The position numbers and the translations under genes are program-made. Of a stretch of 64,000 nt of DNA, positions 12,701 to 23,541 are shown one piece after another; the stretch's first letter is position 1, and each line of letters begins with the position of its first letter. Location: the IMG/VR virus record IMGVR_UViG_3300027759_000001. One strand, given 5' to 3'. The DNA is from a virus. Lineage: Duplodnaviria > Caudoviricetes. Under the pieces are notes generated by a model. It was given only the letters and a program-made list of their open reading frames with translations, had not been told where the DNA came from and searched no databases.

Positions 12701-15700
12701 CGGAACGAACGGAACATCAGGAACTAATGGAACCAATGGTACAAATGGAACAAATGGCTCAAGTGGTACAAACGGAACTTCAGGTACTAACGGAACATCG
12801 GGTACAAACGGAACTAACGGCACTTCAGGTACTAATGGAACTAGCGGTACTAACGGAACAAATGGAACTTCAGGAACAAATGGTACTAACGGAACGAATG
12901 GTACGAGCGGGACCAATGGTACATCAGGGACAAACGGAACGAATGGAACTAATGGCACTAGCGGTACAAATGGAACAAATGGTACTAACGGGACAAATGG
13001 TTCAAGTGGAACTAATGGAACTTCGGGCACTAACGGAACAAACGGTACTAGCGGAACGAATGGTACTAGCGGAACGAATGGAACAAATGGAACGTCAGGA
13101 ACTAATGGTACGAACGGAACAAATGGTACATCAGGTACTAATGGAACTAGCGGAACGAATGGTACAAATGGAACTAGCGGTACCAACGGGACTAATGGTA
13201 CAAACGGAACTTCAGGTACCAACGGAACTAATGGTACTAGCGGAACTAATGGTACTAACGGAACATCGGGAACGAATGGGACAAATGGAACTTCAGGTAC
13301 AAACGGAACATCAGGGACTAATGGAACAAATGGAACTAGCGGTACGAATGGAACCAATGGTACAAATGGTACTTCAGGAACTAATGGTACTAATGGAACG
13401 AACGGAACCAATGGTACGTCAGGGACAAATGGAACTTCAGGCACAAACGGGACTAACGGATCATCAGGGACCAATGGAACGAATGGTACAAGCGGTACTA
13501 ACGGAACTAGTGGGACAAACGGAACAAATGGTTCAAGTGGTACCAACGGTACTAATGGTACTAGCGGTACGAATGGAACTAGCGGTACAAACGGAACATC
13601 GGGAACGAATGGTACTAACGGTACAAATGGTACTTCAGGGACAAACGGAACAAATGGTACTAGTGGAACTAATGGAACCAACGGTACTAGCGGAACAAAC
13701 GGAACTAGCGGAACAAACGGAACCTCAGGAACAAATGGAACAAATGGTACTAGCGGAACTAATGGAACGTCAGGAACTAACGGAACAAATGGTTCAAGTG
13801 GAACCAACGGTACGAATGGTACTTCAGGTACAAATGGAACTAGCGGCACAAATGGAACTAACGGAACTAGCGGTACTAATGGTACTTCAGGAACAAATGG
13901 CACAAACGGAACTAATGGAACAAATGGTTCAAGTGGTACCAACGGTACAAATGGAACATCCGGAACTAATGGTACTTCAGGGACAAACGGAACAAACGGT
14001 ACGAATGGTACTAACGGAACAAGTGGAACTAACGGAACAAGTGGGACGAATGGTACTAATGGAACATCAGGAACCAACGGAACTTCTGGAACTAATGGAA
14101 CAAATGGTACTAGTGGAACTAACGGTACTAATGGTTCAAGTGGAACGAATGGTACTAATGGAACTTCAGGTACTAACGGTACTAATGGAACATCAGGAAC
14201 AAACGGAACTTCGGGAACCAATGGAACAAACGGTACATCAGGTACTAACGGAACAAGTGGGACGAATGGTACTAATGGAACTAGCGGAACGAATGGAACA
14301 TCAGGTACGAATGGTACAAACGGAACTTCGGGTACAAACGGAACATCGGGTACGAATGGAACGTCAGGAACGAACGGAACCAATGGCACATCGGGAACTA
14401 ATGGTACTAATGGTACATCAGGGACGAATGGAACAAATGGTACTAACGGAACTAGCGGAACAAACGGAACTAGCGGAACGAATGGTACGAACGGATCTTC
14501 AGGCACTAATGGTACATCGGGGACAAATGGAACCAACGGTACAAATGGAACTAATGGAACCAACGGGACTTCAGGCACAAATGGGACTAGCGGAACGAAT
14601 GGAACTAACGGAACGTCAGGTACAAATGGAACAAACGGAACTAATGGTACTAACGGTACAAGTGGTACAAATGGAACCTCAGGTACAAATGGAACAAACG
14701 GAACTAATGGTACTAACGGTACAAGTGGTACAAATGGGACTTCAGGTACAAACGGTACGAATGGTACTAACGGAACATCAGGTACAAACGGTACTAATGG
14801 TACTAGCGGTACGAATGGAACTAACGGCACATCAGGGACTAACGGAACTTCAGGTACGAATGGAACAAATGGTACGAGCGGGACCAATGGAACTAACGGA
14901 ACTTCAGGTACGAATGGAACATCAGGAACTAACGGAACTAGCGGAACGAATGGTACAAATGGAACTAGCGGAACAAATGGAACATCAGGTACAAATGGTA
15001 CCTCAGGAACAAGAGGAACTAGCGGAACAAATGGTACAAACGGAACCAATGGTACGAGCGGAACAAATGGAACTAATGGAACATCAGGAACTAACGGAAC
15101 ATCCGGTACGAATGGAACAAATGGTTCAAGCGGAACTAACGGAACTAACGGATCATCAGGTACAAACGGAACTTCGGGAACCAATGGTACAAACGGTACA
15201 TCAGGAACTAATGGAACTTCAGGTACAAATGGAACTAACGGTACTAATGGTACGTCAGGTACAAATGGAACCAATGGTACATCAGGTACTAACGGAACTT
15301 CAGGTACTAATGGAACTAATGGTACTAATGGAACAAACGGTACTTCAGGAACAAATGGAACGAATGGTACTAACGGAACTAGTGGAACAAATGGTACTAA
15401 CGGAACAAACGGTACGAATGGGACTTCAGGAACTAACGGCACAAGCGGGACAAATGGTACTAACGGTACAAGCGGGACAAATGGAACGTCAGGAACTAAT
15501 GGTACGAACGGAACAAATGGTACATCAGGTACTAATGGAACTAGCGGAACGAATGGTACAAATGGATCTTCAGGAACAAATGGAACAAATGGATCTTCAG
15601 GAACAAATGGAACAAATGGAACAAATGGATCTTCAGGAACAAATGGAACAAATGGATCTTCAGGTACGAACGGCACATCAGGAACTAATGGTACAAATGG

Positions 15701-16700
15701 TACTTCAGGAACAAATGGTACTTCAGGAACAAATGGTACGAGCGGGACCAATGGAACAAATGGAACCAATGGAACCAATGGAACATCAGGTACTAATGGC
15801 ACTTCAGGTACCAACGGTACAAATGGTACCAACGGAACTAGCGGCACAAATGGTACTAATGGATCATCAGGTACTAACGGAACTTCAGGGACAAATGGCA
15901 CTAACGGAACATCAGGAACCAACGGTACAAATGGAACTTCAGGTACAAATGGCACTAATGGTACTAGCGGAACAAACGGTACAAATGGATCATCAGGTAC
16001 GAATGGAACTTCAGGTGTTAGTGGAGCGTCAGGTACTTCAGGTACTAATGGTACAAATGGATCATCAGGAACTAACGGAACATCGGGTACTAATGGAACA
16101 GGATTTAATTCAATATCACCAACAACAGATAATAATGTGTTAACTGCTAATGGAACCGCAAATTCAGCGAACTCAGAACCAAACTTAACATTCAATGCTT
16201 CAACAAACTTATTAACAGTAACGGGTAATGAAACTGTTAGTGGTATTTTAACTAGTCAATCTTCGGGATCATTAGTTGCAAATGGTAAATGGTCTTTAAT
16301 GGGTAACCCTACAACTTTGTTAACCTCAAATAGTTATTATGGTGAAGTCGTAACATTTGGGGGGGCAGGTGCAACCACCCAATTTTATATGTATTATTGG
16401 TCTAGTGGAAGTACGTGGGAACTTACTGACGCCAACGCGGCGGCAACATCAAGGGGGTTAATATCAATGGCAATAGATACTAGTTTCAGTGGAGGGATGA
16501 TGTTAAGAGGATATGTATATAATTCAACATGGAACTGGACACCAGGAGCAACATTATATTTAAGTGCCTCTGGCGCTGCCGGGGTTATAACATCAACACA
16601 ACCTTCAGGTAGTGCGGATATTGTAAGAGTTGTTGGATATGCCATTAGTGCCGATTTAATTTACTTTAATCCTTCGCAAGATTGGATTGAGTTAGCATAA
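9768..16700 (+). CDS. Giant Gly-X-Y repeat fibre protein 2 (2310 aa): tail-fibre-type N-terminal domain, one uninterrupted G-T-(N/S) segment, DUF2190/cement-like C-terminal domain
   Basis: N-terminus [10 protein letters not shown]...TLP...IKNSG...IDG...SDGSNW is typical of phage fibre proteins. Repeat spans 10083-16094. C-terminus ...GATLYLS...[27 protein letters not shown]. Confidence 0.8.
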   Translation: MANEFIARNGVKSLGGVTFPYTGVSTTYTINSDNYLIDCTSGTFNVTLPTSAGIAGQIFVIKNSGSGTITLATTGGQTIDGSSTKTLTQYGSITVQSDGSNWDIAGSDGTSGTNGTSGTSGTNGTNGTNGTSGTNGTNGSSGTNGTNGTSGTNGTNGTNGTSGTNGTNGTNGTSGTNGTSGTNGTNGTNGTSGTNGTNGTSGTNGTSGTNGTNGTSGTNGTSGTNGTNGTNGTSGTNGTNGTSGTNGTNGTSGTNGTNGTNGTSGTNGTNGTNGTSGTNGTNGTSGTNGTNGTNGTSGTNGTSGTNGTNGSSGTNGTNGTNGTSGTNGTSGTNGTSGTNGTNGTNGSSGTNGTSGTNGTNGTNGTSGTNGTNGTNGTSGTNGTSGTNGTNGTSGTNGTNGTNGTNGTSGTNGTNGTNGTSGTNGTNGTSGTNGTNGTSGTNGTNGTSGTNGTNGTSGTNGTSGTNGTNGTSGTNGTNGTSGTNGTSGTNGTNGTNGTSGTNGTNGTNGTSGTNGTNGTNGTSGTNGTNGTSGTNGTNGTSGTNGSSGTNGTNGTSGTNGTNGTNGTNGTSGTNGTNGTSGTNGTNGTNGTNGTSGTNGTSGTNGTSGTNGTNGTNGTSGTNGTSGTNGTNGTSGTNGTSGTNGTNGSSGTNGTNGTSGTNGTNGTSGTNGTSGTNGTSGTNGTNGTSGTNGTSGTNGTNGTNGTNGTSGTNGTNGTNGTSGLSGVDGTDGTSGTNGTSGTNGTSGTRGTSGTNGTNGTNGTSGTNGTNGTNGTNGTSGTNGTNGTSGTNGTNGTSGTNGTSGTNGTNGTSGTNGTNGTSGTNGTSGTNGTNGTNGTSGTNGTNGTSGTNGTNGTNGTNGTNGTSGTNGTSGTNGTNGTNGTSGTNGTNGTSGTNGTSGTNGTNGTSGTNGTNGTSGTNGTSGTNGTNGTNGTSGTNGTNGTSGTNGTNGTSGTNGTSGTNGTNGTNGTNGTNGTSGTNGTNGTSGTNGTNGTNGTNGSSGTNGTSGTNGTSGTNGTNGTSGTNGTSGTNGTNGTSGTNGTNGTNGTSGTNGTSGTNGTNGTNGTSGTNGTNGTNGTNGSSGTNGTSGTNGTNGTSGTNGTSGTNGTNGTSGTNGTNGTNGTSGTNGTSGTNGTNGTSGTNGTNGTNGTSGTNGTNGTSGTNGTNGTSGTNGTNGTSGTNGTSGTNGTNGTSGTNGTNGTNGTSGTNGTNGTNGTNGTSGTNGTSGTNGTNGSSGTNGTNGTSGTNGTSGTNGTNGSSGTNGTNGTSGTNGTSGTNGTSGTNGTNGTNGTSGTNGTNGTSGTNGTNGTSGTNGTSGTNGTSGTNGTNGTSGTNGTSGTNGTNGSSGTNGTNGTSGTNGTSGTNGTNGTSGTNGTSGTNGTNGTNGTNGSSGTNGTNGTSGTNGTSGTNGTNGTNGTNGTSGTNGTSGTNGTNGTSGTNGTSGTNGTNGTSGTNGTNGSSGTNGTNGTSGTNGTNGTSGTNGTSGTNGTNGTSGTNGTSGTNGTNGTSGTNGTSGTNGTNGTSGTNGTSGTNGTSGTNGTNGTSGTNGTNGTSGTNGTNGTNGTSGTNGTSGTNGTNGSSGTNGTSGTNGTNGTNGTNGTNGTSGTNGTSGTNGTNGTSGTNGTNGTNGTNGTSGTNGTSGTNGTNGTNGTNGTSGTNGTSGTNGTNGTNGTSGTNGTNGTSGTNGTNGTSGTNGTSGTNGTNGTSGTNGTNGTSGTNGTSGTNGTSGTNGTNGTSGTNGTSGTNGTSGTRGTSGTNGTNGTNGTSGTNGTNGTSGTNGTSGTNGTNGSSGTNGTNGSSGTNGTSGTNGTNGTSGTNGTSGTNGTNGTNGTSGTNGTNGTSGTNGTSGTNGTNGTNGTNGTSGTNGTNGTNGTSGTNGTNGTNGTNGTSGTNGTSGTNGTNGTSGTNGTSGTNGTNGTNGTSGTNGTSGTNGTNGSSGTNGTNGSSGTNGTNGTNGSSGTNGTNGSSGTNGTSGTNGTNGTSGTNGTSGTNGTSGTNGTNGTNGTNGTSGTNGTSGTNGTNGTNGTSGTNGTNGSSGTNGTSGTNGTNGTSGTNGTNGTSGTNGTNGTSGTNGTNGSSGTNGTSGVSGASGTSGTNGTNGSSGTNGTSGTNGTGFNSISPTTDNNVLTANGTANSANSEPNLTFNASTNLLTVTGNETVSGILTSQSSGSLVANGKWSLMGNPTTLLTSNSYYGEVVTFGGAGATTQFYMYYWSSGSTWELTDANAAATSRGLISMAIDTSFSGGMMLRGYVYNSTWNWTPGATLYLSASGAAGVITSTQPSGSADIVRVVGYAISADLIYFNPSQDWIELA
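10083..16094 (+). repeat. 9-nt-period coding repeat, 668 Gly-X-Y triplets (mostly GTN, GTS, GSS)
   Basis: 6012 nt equals 668 x 9; no globular interruption in the translation. Confidence 0.9.
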
Positions 16701-16711
16701 TACTTATAGTA

Positions 16712-17551
16712 ATGGCAATAATAACTAAATTAAATGACGTTTTATGTGTTAACATTTCAAAAATTGATAATGTTTTAAAAAGTAATGCGAAATTTTTTGA
16801 TGATAATACTTTTTGCCCAACACCAACACCTACACCAACAACTCCAGTTGGGACACCAACACCAACACCTACAAGAACATTAACTCCAACACCAACATTA
16901 ACAAGAACATTAACTCCAACACCAACAAATACACCTACATTAACTCAGACATTAACTCCAACACCAACAAATACACCTACATTAACTCAGACATTAACTC
17001 CAACTCCAACAAATACACCAACATTAACTCAGACATTAACTCCAACTCCAACAAATACACCAACATTAACAAGAACATTAACTCCAACTCCAACAAATAC
17101 ACCTACATTAACAAGAACATTAACACCAACGCCAACAAATACTCCTACATTAACAAGAACATTAACTCCAACACCAACAAATACTCCTACATTATCACAA
17201 ACATTAACTCCAACTCCAACAAATACGCCAACACCAACACAAAGATTAAGTTCAACGCCAACACCAACACCAACTCCAACTCTAACACCAACTACACCAT
17301 GTGGTAAAGATTGTTGTTATATAGAACTTTGTTATAGTACAATTGACTGTACGGACGCTTGTCAATGTAATCAAACTGTTAATGTATACCTATCTATTTG
17401 TAAATATACCGCATGTAGATTATCAAACGCATTTGGAATATTTGTAGATGACTCATGTACAACACCTGCGGCAGATGGTTACTATTCTAATACTGTTGAT
17501 TGTTATTATTGGGATGGGTCTTCCTCTTTAACATATCAAGGTCCTTGTTAA
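16712..17551 (+). CDS. Mucin-like protein: short N-terminal domain, Thr/Pro repeat, 12-Cys C-terminal domain
   Basis: Translation shows about 8 copies of TPTLT(R/Q)TLTPTPTN followed by a Cys-rich end. Confidence 0.75.
   Translation: MAIITKLNDVLCVNISKIDNVLKSNAKFFDDNTFCPTPTPTPTTPVGTPTPTPTRTLTPTPTLTRTLTPTPTNTPTLTQTLTPTPTNTPTLTQTLTPTPTNTPTLTQTLTPTPTNTPTLTRTLTPTPTNTPTLTRTLTPTPTNTPTLTRTLTPTPTNTPTLSQTLTPTPTNTPTPTQRLSSTPTPTPTPTLTPTTPCGKDCCYIELCYSTIDCTDACQCNQTVNVYLSICKYTACRLSNAFGIFVDDSCTTPAADGYYSNTVDCYYWDGSSSLTYQGPC
16817..17299 (+). repeat. 42-nt tandem repeat encoding a 14-aa Thr/Pro unit (about 8 copies plus degenerate flanks)
   Basis: Unit close to acacctacattaactcagacattaactccaacaccaacaaat. Confidence 0.85.
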
Positions 17552-17556
17552 TAAAA

Positions 17557-17581
17557 AACCCCCACTTTAAAGGTGAGGGTT
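17557..17581 (-). terminator. Intrinsic terminator between convergent genes
   Basis: Imperfect stem aacccccactt/aggtgagggtt; the A-run at 17553-17558 gives a U-tract on the minus strand. Confidence 0.55.
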
Positions 17582-17586
17582 AAGAT

Positions 17587-20500
17587 TTATTTTCTGTTAT
17601 CTATATAGAGGATTACTTCACTGTAGTACTCAATAAAATGGTCATTCCACAGATCCCATTTAATATTAACTCCATCCACAGAGAAAACTTGTATGTTATC
17701 AAACTGAGTTAAGATATTATCTCTAAAGTTTCTAAATTCTACTTTATGTTCTGGTGTTCTTAAATGCCATTCACCAACAATTTTTTTAACATTTTTTTTA
17801 ATGAAATCTAAATTTTCGGGTTTAAACATTTCGTATTCACCACCCTCACAATCTGTTTTAACAAAATCAATTCTATTTAATCCGTAAAGTTTAATAAACT
17901 TATCAAATGTAATAGACTCCATATGTGTTTCACCTCCAAATAATTGGTCGTGTTCAATCACACCATTAAAATTTGAAAGTCCTTTATTAATGTGAGTTAC
18001 AGGATGACCCAATGTATTTCTAATTAATGTTGTGAATTCACTTTCACTTGGTTCAATACAAAATACGTGTTTTGGTTTTTTATGTAGGATTGAATATGTA
18101 AAAGGACCAACACTTGATCCAATATCTAAAACGATATCCCCTTCTTCTACTTCAAAGAATTGTTCGTATAATCTCTGTTCAAATATTTCATTATACATTG
18201 CGTGTTTGTGATAATTACCATTATCGTCACCATTATTCATCCATCCCCAATCAAACTTAGGTAATGGATTACTATTGAGTAATTTATTGATTTCACCAAT
18301 AACGACTTCCGAAGTAATTTCTTTTGTACATTCAAACATCCGATCCGTATTCTTATGTAGTGGACACCAATTCCAATCACCGGCATCTAATCTATCTGAG
18401 TTAAAACATCCGTGACAAACACTTTCATTAATAACTCTATATGTATCTAATGTTGTTTCCGCCCATTTTTCACTAAATCCTGAAATCAAAACGACAGGTA
18501 ATTTACAAGCCCAAGCCAACCAAGATAATCCTGATCCGAGACCAATAAAGAACTCACATTCGGATAGGTCGTCAATTACTTCTTGTAAGTTACCTCCTTT
18601 AAAAATGGTTACACCTTTAGGGTAATGGTTATTCATGTATCCGTCACCTTCTTTAGAGTAGATCATACATTCATAACCTAAAGTATTAAGGTGGTCAACA
18701 ACTGCTTGCCATCCGTCAGGGTTGTTCCAATATTTTGATTGTGCGGTTGAGTGAAACCCAATACCAACTTTTTTCTTTTTAGGTGTGTTAGGTAATTTTA
18801 ATAGTGGTCTAACTTCTTCATAATCTAAACCTAAGATATCCGTTGCCGTTTTTTGTAATGGCATTTTCTTAAAATCAAATGGGTGTTTGTTATTATCGTA
18901 AACCCCTTCACTTGTATAATGCCAACCTAACCTATATTGTGCGTGTATATTAGTTACCAATTCACCAGGTTCAACAAACTCAATATCAGGGTATTGATCT
19001 TTAAATAAACTATTAAGGAAGGTTGATACTATAAGTTGGCAACCATGTTTTTTTCTAAATACCTCACAATAAGGAACCCAAGCCATTGTGTCACCTAATG
19101 ATTTTGATCCAAAAGAAATATATACTCTCTTATCTTTTAGATCTAATGTCTCATCATAAATTACTTCACCATTTTCTTCTACGGTTGTTCTCCATTTAAT
19201 AAAGTATTCTTTATTTAATTTAACCCAACTATTGATTGGTAATTCATTTTGATATGATATTTCATTTTTATCATCATAATATTTAATATTCAATTTGTTT
19301 TCTGTTGTCCCTTGTACTTCAAAATAAGGTTGGGTAACATAATGTCTAACAAAAGTATAATCTTTGGTTAATGGTTTGTTTTGGGTAATGTTAAGATTTG
19401 TAACTGCGTTATAAAAATTCAATAAATCTTCACCAAATGTATTATCGGGTAATATTTTATAAACATCTTTATTTTCAATAAGTTCAACCAATTGTTTTGA
19501 TATGGTTTTAACATCACCTTCTATTGGTGTTATATATCCATTAAACATACCCATGTATTGTGGTAAATCTCTTGTAAGGATTTTCATTCCATAATTGATA
19601 GATTCTCTAACAACCAACGGATTACATTCCCAAGTTGAGTTAAACATTAATACATCACAAGCCATCATGAATTTTTCAACGTCATTACGCTCACCCCATA
19701 CTTTTACGTTTGATGGTAAATTATTCATTATTGGACCCCAATAGTCTTCAAAGTTTGGAGCTTGGTTCCCAATAAAATGAAATTGGATGTCAGGGTTTGA
19801 TTCAATTAATTCTCTTGCAACCTCAACCCCTTCACCTTGATTTTTACCACTTGTCCATAACCCAACATTAAGTACGTGAGTTTTAAACATATCCAAACCA
19901 AGTTCTTCTCTTACTACAGTTTTTTTAATTAATGGGACTTGATTAAAATCACCATATATTTCATACTCCTCTAAAATTTTAGTTACCTTATTCTCAATTG
20001 GGTATAACGATAAAAACTTCATTGGTGTTTCATTTAAAAACGTTTCCTTTAAATGATAAGGGGTGACAAAACAATATGATTCAGGATTGAACTTTTTATG
20101 TGTTTGCGGGTTAAACCAAACATTATGACAAGTCTCAACCATTTTCCAAGTCCTATCATTTGAATAAAGTTGATTTAACAATGGTAGTGGGATTTTATTA
20201 AAACTTTCAAATCCTTCTAACATTTCTTCCGAATGAACAATATCAATATTATTGTTTTTAATAATATCAATTAACTCATATTTTCTTTTTGTGTCAGTTG
20301 TATCACCTAAACTAAAAAAATGACCTTCACCCAATAGATCAATTATTTTATCTCTTTGAACAACATATGTATTACTAAACTGAGAAAACTCAACCAAAAA
20401 TATTTCAATTTGGTCTTTGAATTTTTGAAGTTCTTGAATTCTTTTTAATACGAATTGAGGCATTCCACCTGTTGATAGGTGCGGTGTAAGGTACAATAAT

Positions 20501-21246
20501 TTAATTTTTTTATTCATTTCTTTGTTGTGATTTTTTTTTATTATTTCTTTAGATTTTAATAAATTATATTTTCTTTTTTCATCATCTTCACCCGAAAATA
20601 TTCCTTTATTATGTATTCGGTATATACCTCCAGGAAAATTTAAATACTTTATTTTTCCATAACAAGATATACGGTAGTTAATCCCCCAATCAAGATATGG
20701 TAATTCATACATCCACGGTTCAAATAAATTTTCTATTTTTTTAAAAACTTTACCAAAACCAACATAATTTTTTTCTAAAAGATTATCAGTAGTGACACAA
20801 TCTTTAATATCTAATGAAATTCCCCTCCACTCATCTATTTTAGGTGGTTCTATATGATTTTTATGTTTTAACCATTTTTCTCTATGTCCACAAAACACCA
20901 TGGTAGTATCAATATTATTATCTAAATAATCAACACTTTTTTGTAGAAGATCCATATTATCCCAATAGTCATCACCATCCAATATCGCAATATATTCACC
21001 CTTAGCTTTTGAGTATAAAAATTCAAAATTTTTGGTGGGACCTAAATTTTTATCAGGTTCAAAAAATTTAATCTTTTTATTTAGTTCGGCAATTCTCCTT
21101 ATATGTTGCATGCTTTTATCTGAGGAAAAATCATCTCTAACTAAAATCTCATAATCAAAATTTGTTTTTTGACCTAACGCAGAGATTAAAGCCTGTTCTA
21201 TATATTCCTCAAACATATATGAAACTATAATAACACTAACTTTCAT
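17587..21246 (-). CDS. Four-domain glycosylation enzyme: GT2 + GT4-like + Aah/TibC-like protein O-heptosyltransferase + FkbM-like methyltransferase
   Basis: GT2: VSVIIVSY...DD.S.D...YIAILDGDDYW. GT4: GG...VGLWTSGKNQ...GERNDV...CDVLMFNSTWECNPLVVRES. Aah/TibC: SKSLGDTMAW...FIGLGSGLSWLAWA...CHGC...WCP...FECTKEI. FkbM: VLDIGSSVG...IEP...KTDCEGGE. Confidence 0.8.
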   Translation of the reverse strand: MKVSVIIVSYMFEEYIEQALISALGQKTNFDYEILVRDDFSSDKSMQHIRRIAELNKKIKFFEPDKNLGPTKNFEFLYSKAKGEYIAILDGDDYWDNMDLLQKSVDYLDNNIDTTMVFCGHREKWLKHKNHIEPPKIDEWRGISLDIKDCVTTDNLLEKNYVGFGKVFKKIENLFEPWMYELPYLDWGINYRISCYGKIKYLNFPGGIYRIHNKGIFSGEDDEKRKYNLLKSKEIIKKNHNKEMNKKIKLLYLTPHLSTGGMPQFVLKRIQELQKFKDQIEIFLVEFSQFSNTYVVQRDKIIDLLGEGHFFSLGDTTDTKRKYELIDIIKNNNIDIVHSEEMLEGFESFNKIPLPLLNQLYSNDRTWKMVETCHNVWFNPQTHKKFNPESYCFVTPYHLKETFLNETPMKFLSLYPIENKVTKILEEYEIYGDFNQVPLIKKTVVREELGLDMFKTHVLNVGLWTSGKNQGEGVEVARELIESNPDIQFHFIGNQAPNFEDYWGPIMNNLPSNVKVWGERNDVEKFMMACDVLMFNSTWECNPLVVRESINYGMKILTRDLPQYMGMFNGYITPIEGDVKTISKQLVELIENKDVYKILPDNTFGEDLLNFYNAVTNLNITQNKPLTKDYTFVRHYVTQPYFEVQGTTENKLNIKYYDDKNEISYQNELPINSWVKLNKEYFIKWRTTVEENGEVIYDETLDLKDKRVYISFGSKSLGDTMAWVPYCEVFRKKHGCQLIVSTFLNSLFKDQYPDIEFVEPGELVTNIHAQYRLGWHYTSEGVYDNNKHPFDFKKMPLQKTATDILGLDYEEVRPLLKLPNTPKKKKVGIGFHSTAQSKYWNNPDGWQAVVDHLNTLGYECMIYSKEGDGYMNNHYPKGVTIFKGGNLQEVIDDLSECEFFIGLGSGLSWLAWACKLPVVLISGFSEKWAETTLDTYRVINESVCHGCFNSDRLDAGDWNWCPLHKNTDRMFECTKEITSEVVIGEINKLLNSNPLPKFDWGWMNNGDDNGNYHKHAMYNEIFEQRLYEQFFEVEEGDIVLDIGSSVGPFTYSILHKKPKHVFCIEPSESEFTTLIRNTLGHPVTHINKGLSNFNGVIEHDQLFGGETHMESITFDKFIKLYGLNRIDFVKTDCEGGEYEMFKPENLDFIKKNVKKIVGEWHLRTPEHKVEFRNFRDNILTQFDNIQVFSVDGVNIKWDLWNDHFIEYYSEVILYIDNRK

Positions 21247-22192
21247 TTAATAATTTTATTTCTATAACATTGTGTATGATATTTTTTATTTTTTCTGTTA
21301 TATCCGATGATATTCCATCATAAGATATTACCACATTTTTTATATTGTATGGTTTAAACCCTAAATTAACAATATCCCTATTGGATATATCATAAGAGGT
21401 CTCAACACCATCTACGTTAATTAAAACATTTATTTTTTCTTTGTTATTGTAAAAATATAAACAAACCTCATCATTGTGTACGACATCTTTAACTATAAAA
21501 AAAACTAAACCATTAATGTCGGAGTAGTCAAATAAATTATCGTCTTTATGGAATAATATTAAATCCTCAATTTTTTCTAATTCAATTTTATAATCCATAT
21601 TACTCGTAATTAAAGTATCGTAAAGCCAGTTCTCAACTATACAATTAAATTTAAGGTAACTATCAAAAGTGATCAGATTTGAAAATTTCAATAGGTTTTC
21701 TCTATCTAACGCAATTAAATGTAAACTAACTTTGTGTTCGTGAAATGGATAAAAGTTACATTTTTTATCTGATAAAAAAGTAGAAACCACCGTATTATCA
21801 ATTTCCGTATCATATATAATATGATAATATCTGTCATAGTCATAAGTTAAAGCATATTCAGATAATTTTTTGGTTTGGTAAAGTGCCGCCCACCCATAAT
21901 CAATTAAGGCTCTTTTAATTACAATTTCTTTACCTTTATCCGTATTTTTTACCCATGACATAACAGATTTTTGGGGCCAATAAAGTAATGGATTTTCTTT
22001 TGTTTGTACATAAAAATCACACATATTTATCACATCGGAAGGTAAAGGTAAAGGACTATTTACCATTACATCTAAATTGTGACTTTTAATGGTTTTGATG
22101 GTATTTATCAGAATGTCAATTTTTTCTTTGGTATCACAATAAGAACTTATTAAAACTATCCTCTTATCTTGTAAATTATTTATATTTTCCAT
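21236..22192 (-). CDS. Hypothetical protein, possibly glycosyltransferase-like
   Basis: 318-aa ORF overlapping the start of the GT polyprotein by 11 nt; no family recognised with confidence. Confidence 0.5.
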   Translation of the reverse strand: MENINNLQDKRIVLISSYCDTKEKIDILINTIKTIKSHNLDVMVNSPLPLPSDVINMCDFYVQTKENPLLYWPQKSVMSWVKNTDKGKEIVIKRALIDYGWAALYQTKKLSEYALTYDYDRYYHIIYDTEIDNTVVSTFLSDKKCNFYPFHEHKVSLHLIALDRENLLKFSNLITFDSYLKFNCIVENWLYDTLITSNMDYKIELEKIEDLILFHKDDNLFDYSDINGLVFFIVKDVVHNDEVCLYFYNNKEKINVLINVDGVETSYDISNRDIVNLGFKPYNIKNVVISYDGISSDITEKIKNIIHNVIEIKLLNES

Positions 22193-22229
22193 ACCATTAA
22201 AAATAGGGGTTTAATTATTAAAATTAAAG

Positions 22230-22236
22230 TATTTAT
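22230..22236 (+). promoter_or_regulatory. TATTTAT motif, candidate late promoter
   Basis: 14 nt upstream of ATG 22251. Confidence 0.45.
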
Positions 22237-22250
22237 AACATAAAGAATAG

Positions 22251-23222
22251 ATGCCAATACCAAATGTTATAAAATACTCTACAACTCCTGACTCAAAATC
22301 TTTAAAGGTTGGTAATTTTTCTTTGGGTGTGTCTGATAGTGCTTACGGGGATACTAATTCAACAGGATATTGGAATGGATATGACATTCAATCCAATAAA
22401 CTAGTTATTTATCAAAATAAAGCATTAAATGGTCCATCAATTAGAGTTTTTGATATAGCATCTTTTGATTTCCTTGATTGGGTAAATAATACATTCAATC
22501 AAAATTTCACAATTGGTGAAATTGAATTAACATATGTTTATATCAATAGTTTAGGATCCACAATACTTGTTGATAAAAGTTATCCTGTAATATCTACAAG
22601 TGGTTTGACATTACATTTAGATGCTGGATTTATGCCATCATATCCACAATCAGGATCAACATGGACCGATTTAAGTTTTAGTGGTAATAATTCTACTTTG
22701 TTTAATAGTCCAGTTTGGGCTTCAACTTTTGGTGGTGGTTTTATTTTTGATGGAACTAATGATTATGGTACTGCCGGTTCAGGTTTAGCCATTACCGGTA
22801 ACCTTACGGTAGCCGCTTGGGTTAGACCAACTACATCATTTGCAAATCAAGGTAATATTATGGCTAAAAGTGGTAATCAAGGATATAGAATGAGATTCCA
22901 AACTGATGGTACTTTTTGGATGTCTGCCAATGGAAATACAATCACATCACCATCTGCATATACAGTAAATAATTGGTTTTATACTGTGGGGGTATTTTCT
23001 TCTTCAGGTTTACGAATGTATATAAATGGTAGTTTAGTACAATCAAATGGTACCGCATTTTCACCGTCCTACGATGCAGGTAATTTTTTTATTGCGGGAC
23101 TTACGTCAACTCAAGAACTTTTTCGTGGTAGAATCGCGACTCTGAGTGTATACAATAGGTCTTTAGATGCGACTGAAATATTGAATAACTATAATAATCA
23201 AAAATCAAGATTCGGATTATAA
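22251..23222 (+). CDS. Adaptor domain C (divergent) plus LamG/ConA-like lectin domain
   Basis: GLTLHLDAG...SYP.SG.TW.DLS, FDGTNDY, TVAAWVRP, MYINGSL, GRIATLSVYNRSL..TEI..NYN..KSRFGL. Confidence 0.75.
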   Translation: MPIPNVIKYSTTPDSKSLKVGNFSLGVSDSAYGDTNSTGYWNGYDIQSNKLVIYQNKALNGPSIRVFDIASFDFLDWVNNTFNQNFTIGEIELTYVYINSLGSTILVDKSYPVISTSGLTLHLDAGFMPSYPQSGSTWTDLSFSGNNSTLFNSPVWASTFGGGFIFDGTNDYGTAGSGLAITGNLTVAAWVRPTTSFANQGNIMAKSGNQGYRMRFQTDGTFWMSANGNTITSPSAYTVNNWFYTVGVFSSSGLRMYINGSLVQSNGTAFSPSYDAGNFFIAGLTSTQELFRGRIATLSVYNRSLDATEILNNYNNQKSRFGL

Positions 23223-23234
23223 CTATTTATATAT

Positions 23235-23501
23235 ATGGAAACACAATTACAAGAATACAAAAACAGAAAATTTATAATCTTTAATGTCTCAGAATTGAAT
23301 CAGATTGATTTCACTCAGGTATTAGAAACATCAATTGATACTGTTAGAAAATCTGTTGATCAAACAAAAACATTTGTTAAATGGGATGGGGTAACTCCAG
23401 AGTGTGTAAATAATTTAACAACAAAAGAAGGACCTTACACTTATGATGAGATTATTCCAATTTTATTGACAACAGAATGGACGGATCAAAGTGAAATATA
23501 A
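23235..23501 (+). CDS. Conserved small phage protein often found next to LamG genes
   Basis: IDFTQVLETS.DTVRKS.D.TKTFVKW.G...YTYDEI..IL...EWT pattern, recognised from memory only. Confidence 0.55.
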   Translation: METQLQEYKNRKFIIFNVSELNQIDFTQVLETSIDTVRKSVDQTKTFVKWDGVTPECVNNLTTKEGPYTYDEIIPILLTTEWTDQSEI

Positions 23502-23541
23502 TTTATCTTTATTTTAATATTTCATATTTTATATTTAACAT

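Noticed and set aside
2447-16143. Long +1-frame ORFs (MELQEQMV..., up to 2028 aa)
   Set aside because: Shadow frames of the same repeat. Stops appear only at rare triplets such as GVN, as expected by chance. No independent start signals.
2349-16195. Very long minus-strand ORFs (VPLVPFVP..., up to 2066 aa)
   Set aside because: These are the reverse complement of GGN-ACN-AAY/TCN codons, which cannot form stops in that frame. They begin and end with the repeat blocks.
16813-17307. Asn/Thr-rich alternative-frame ORF
   Set aside because: Shadow of the Thr/Pro repeat in 16712..17551.
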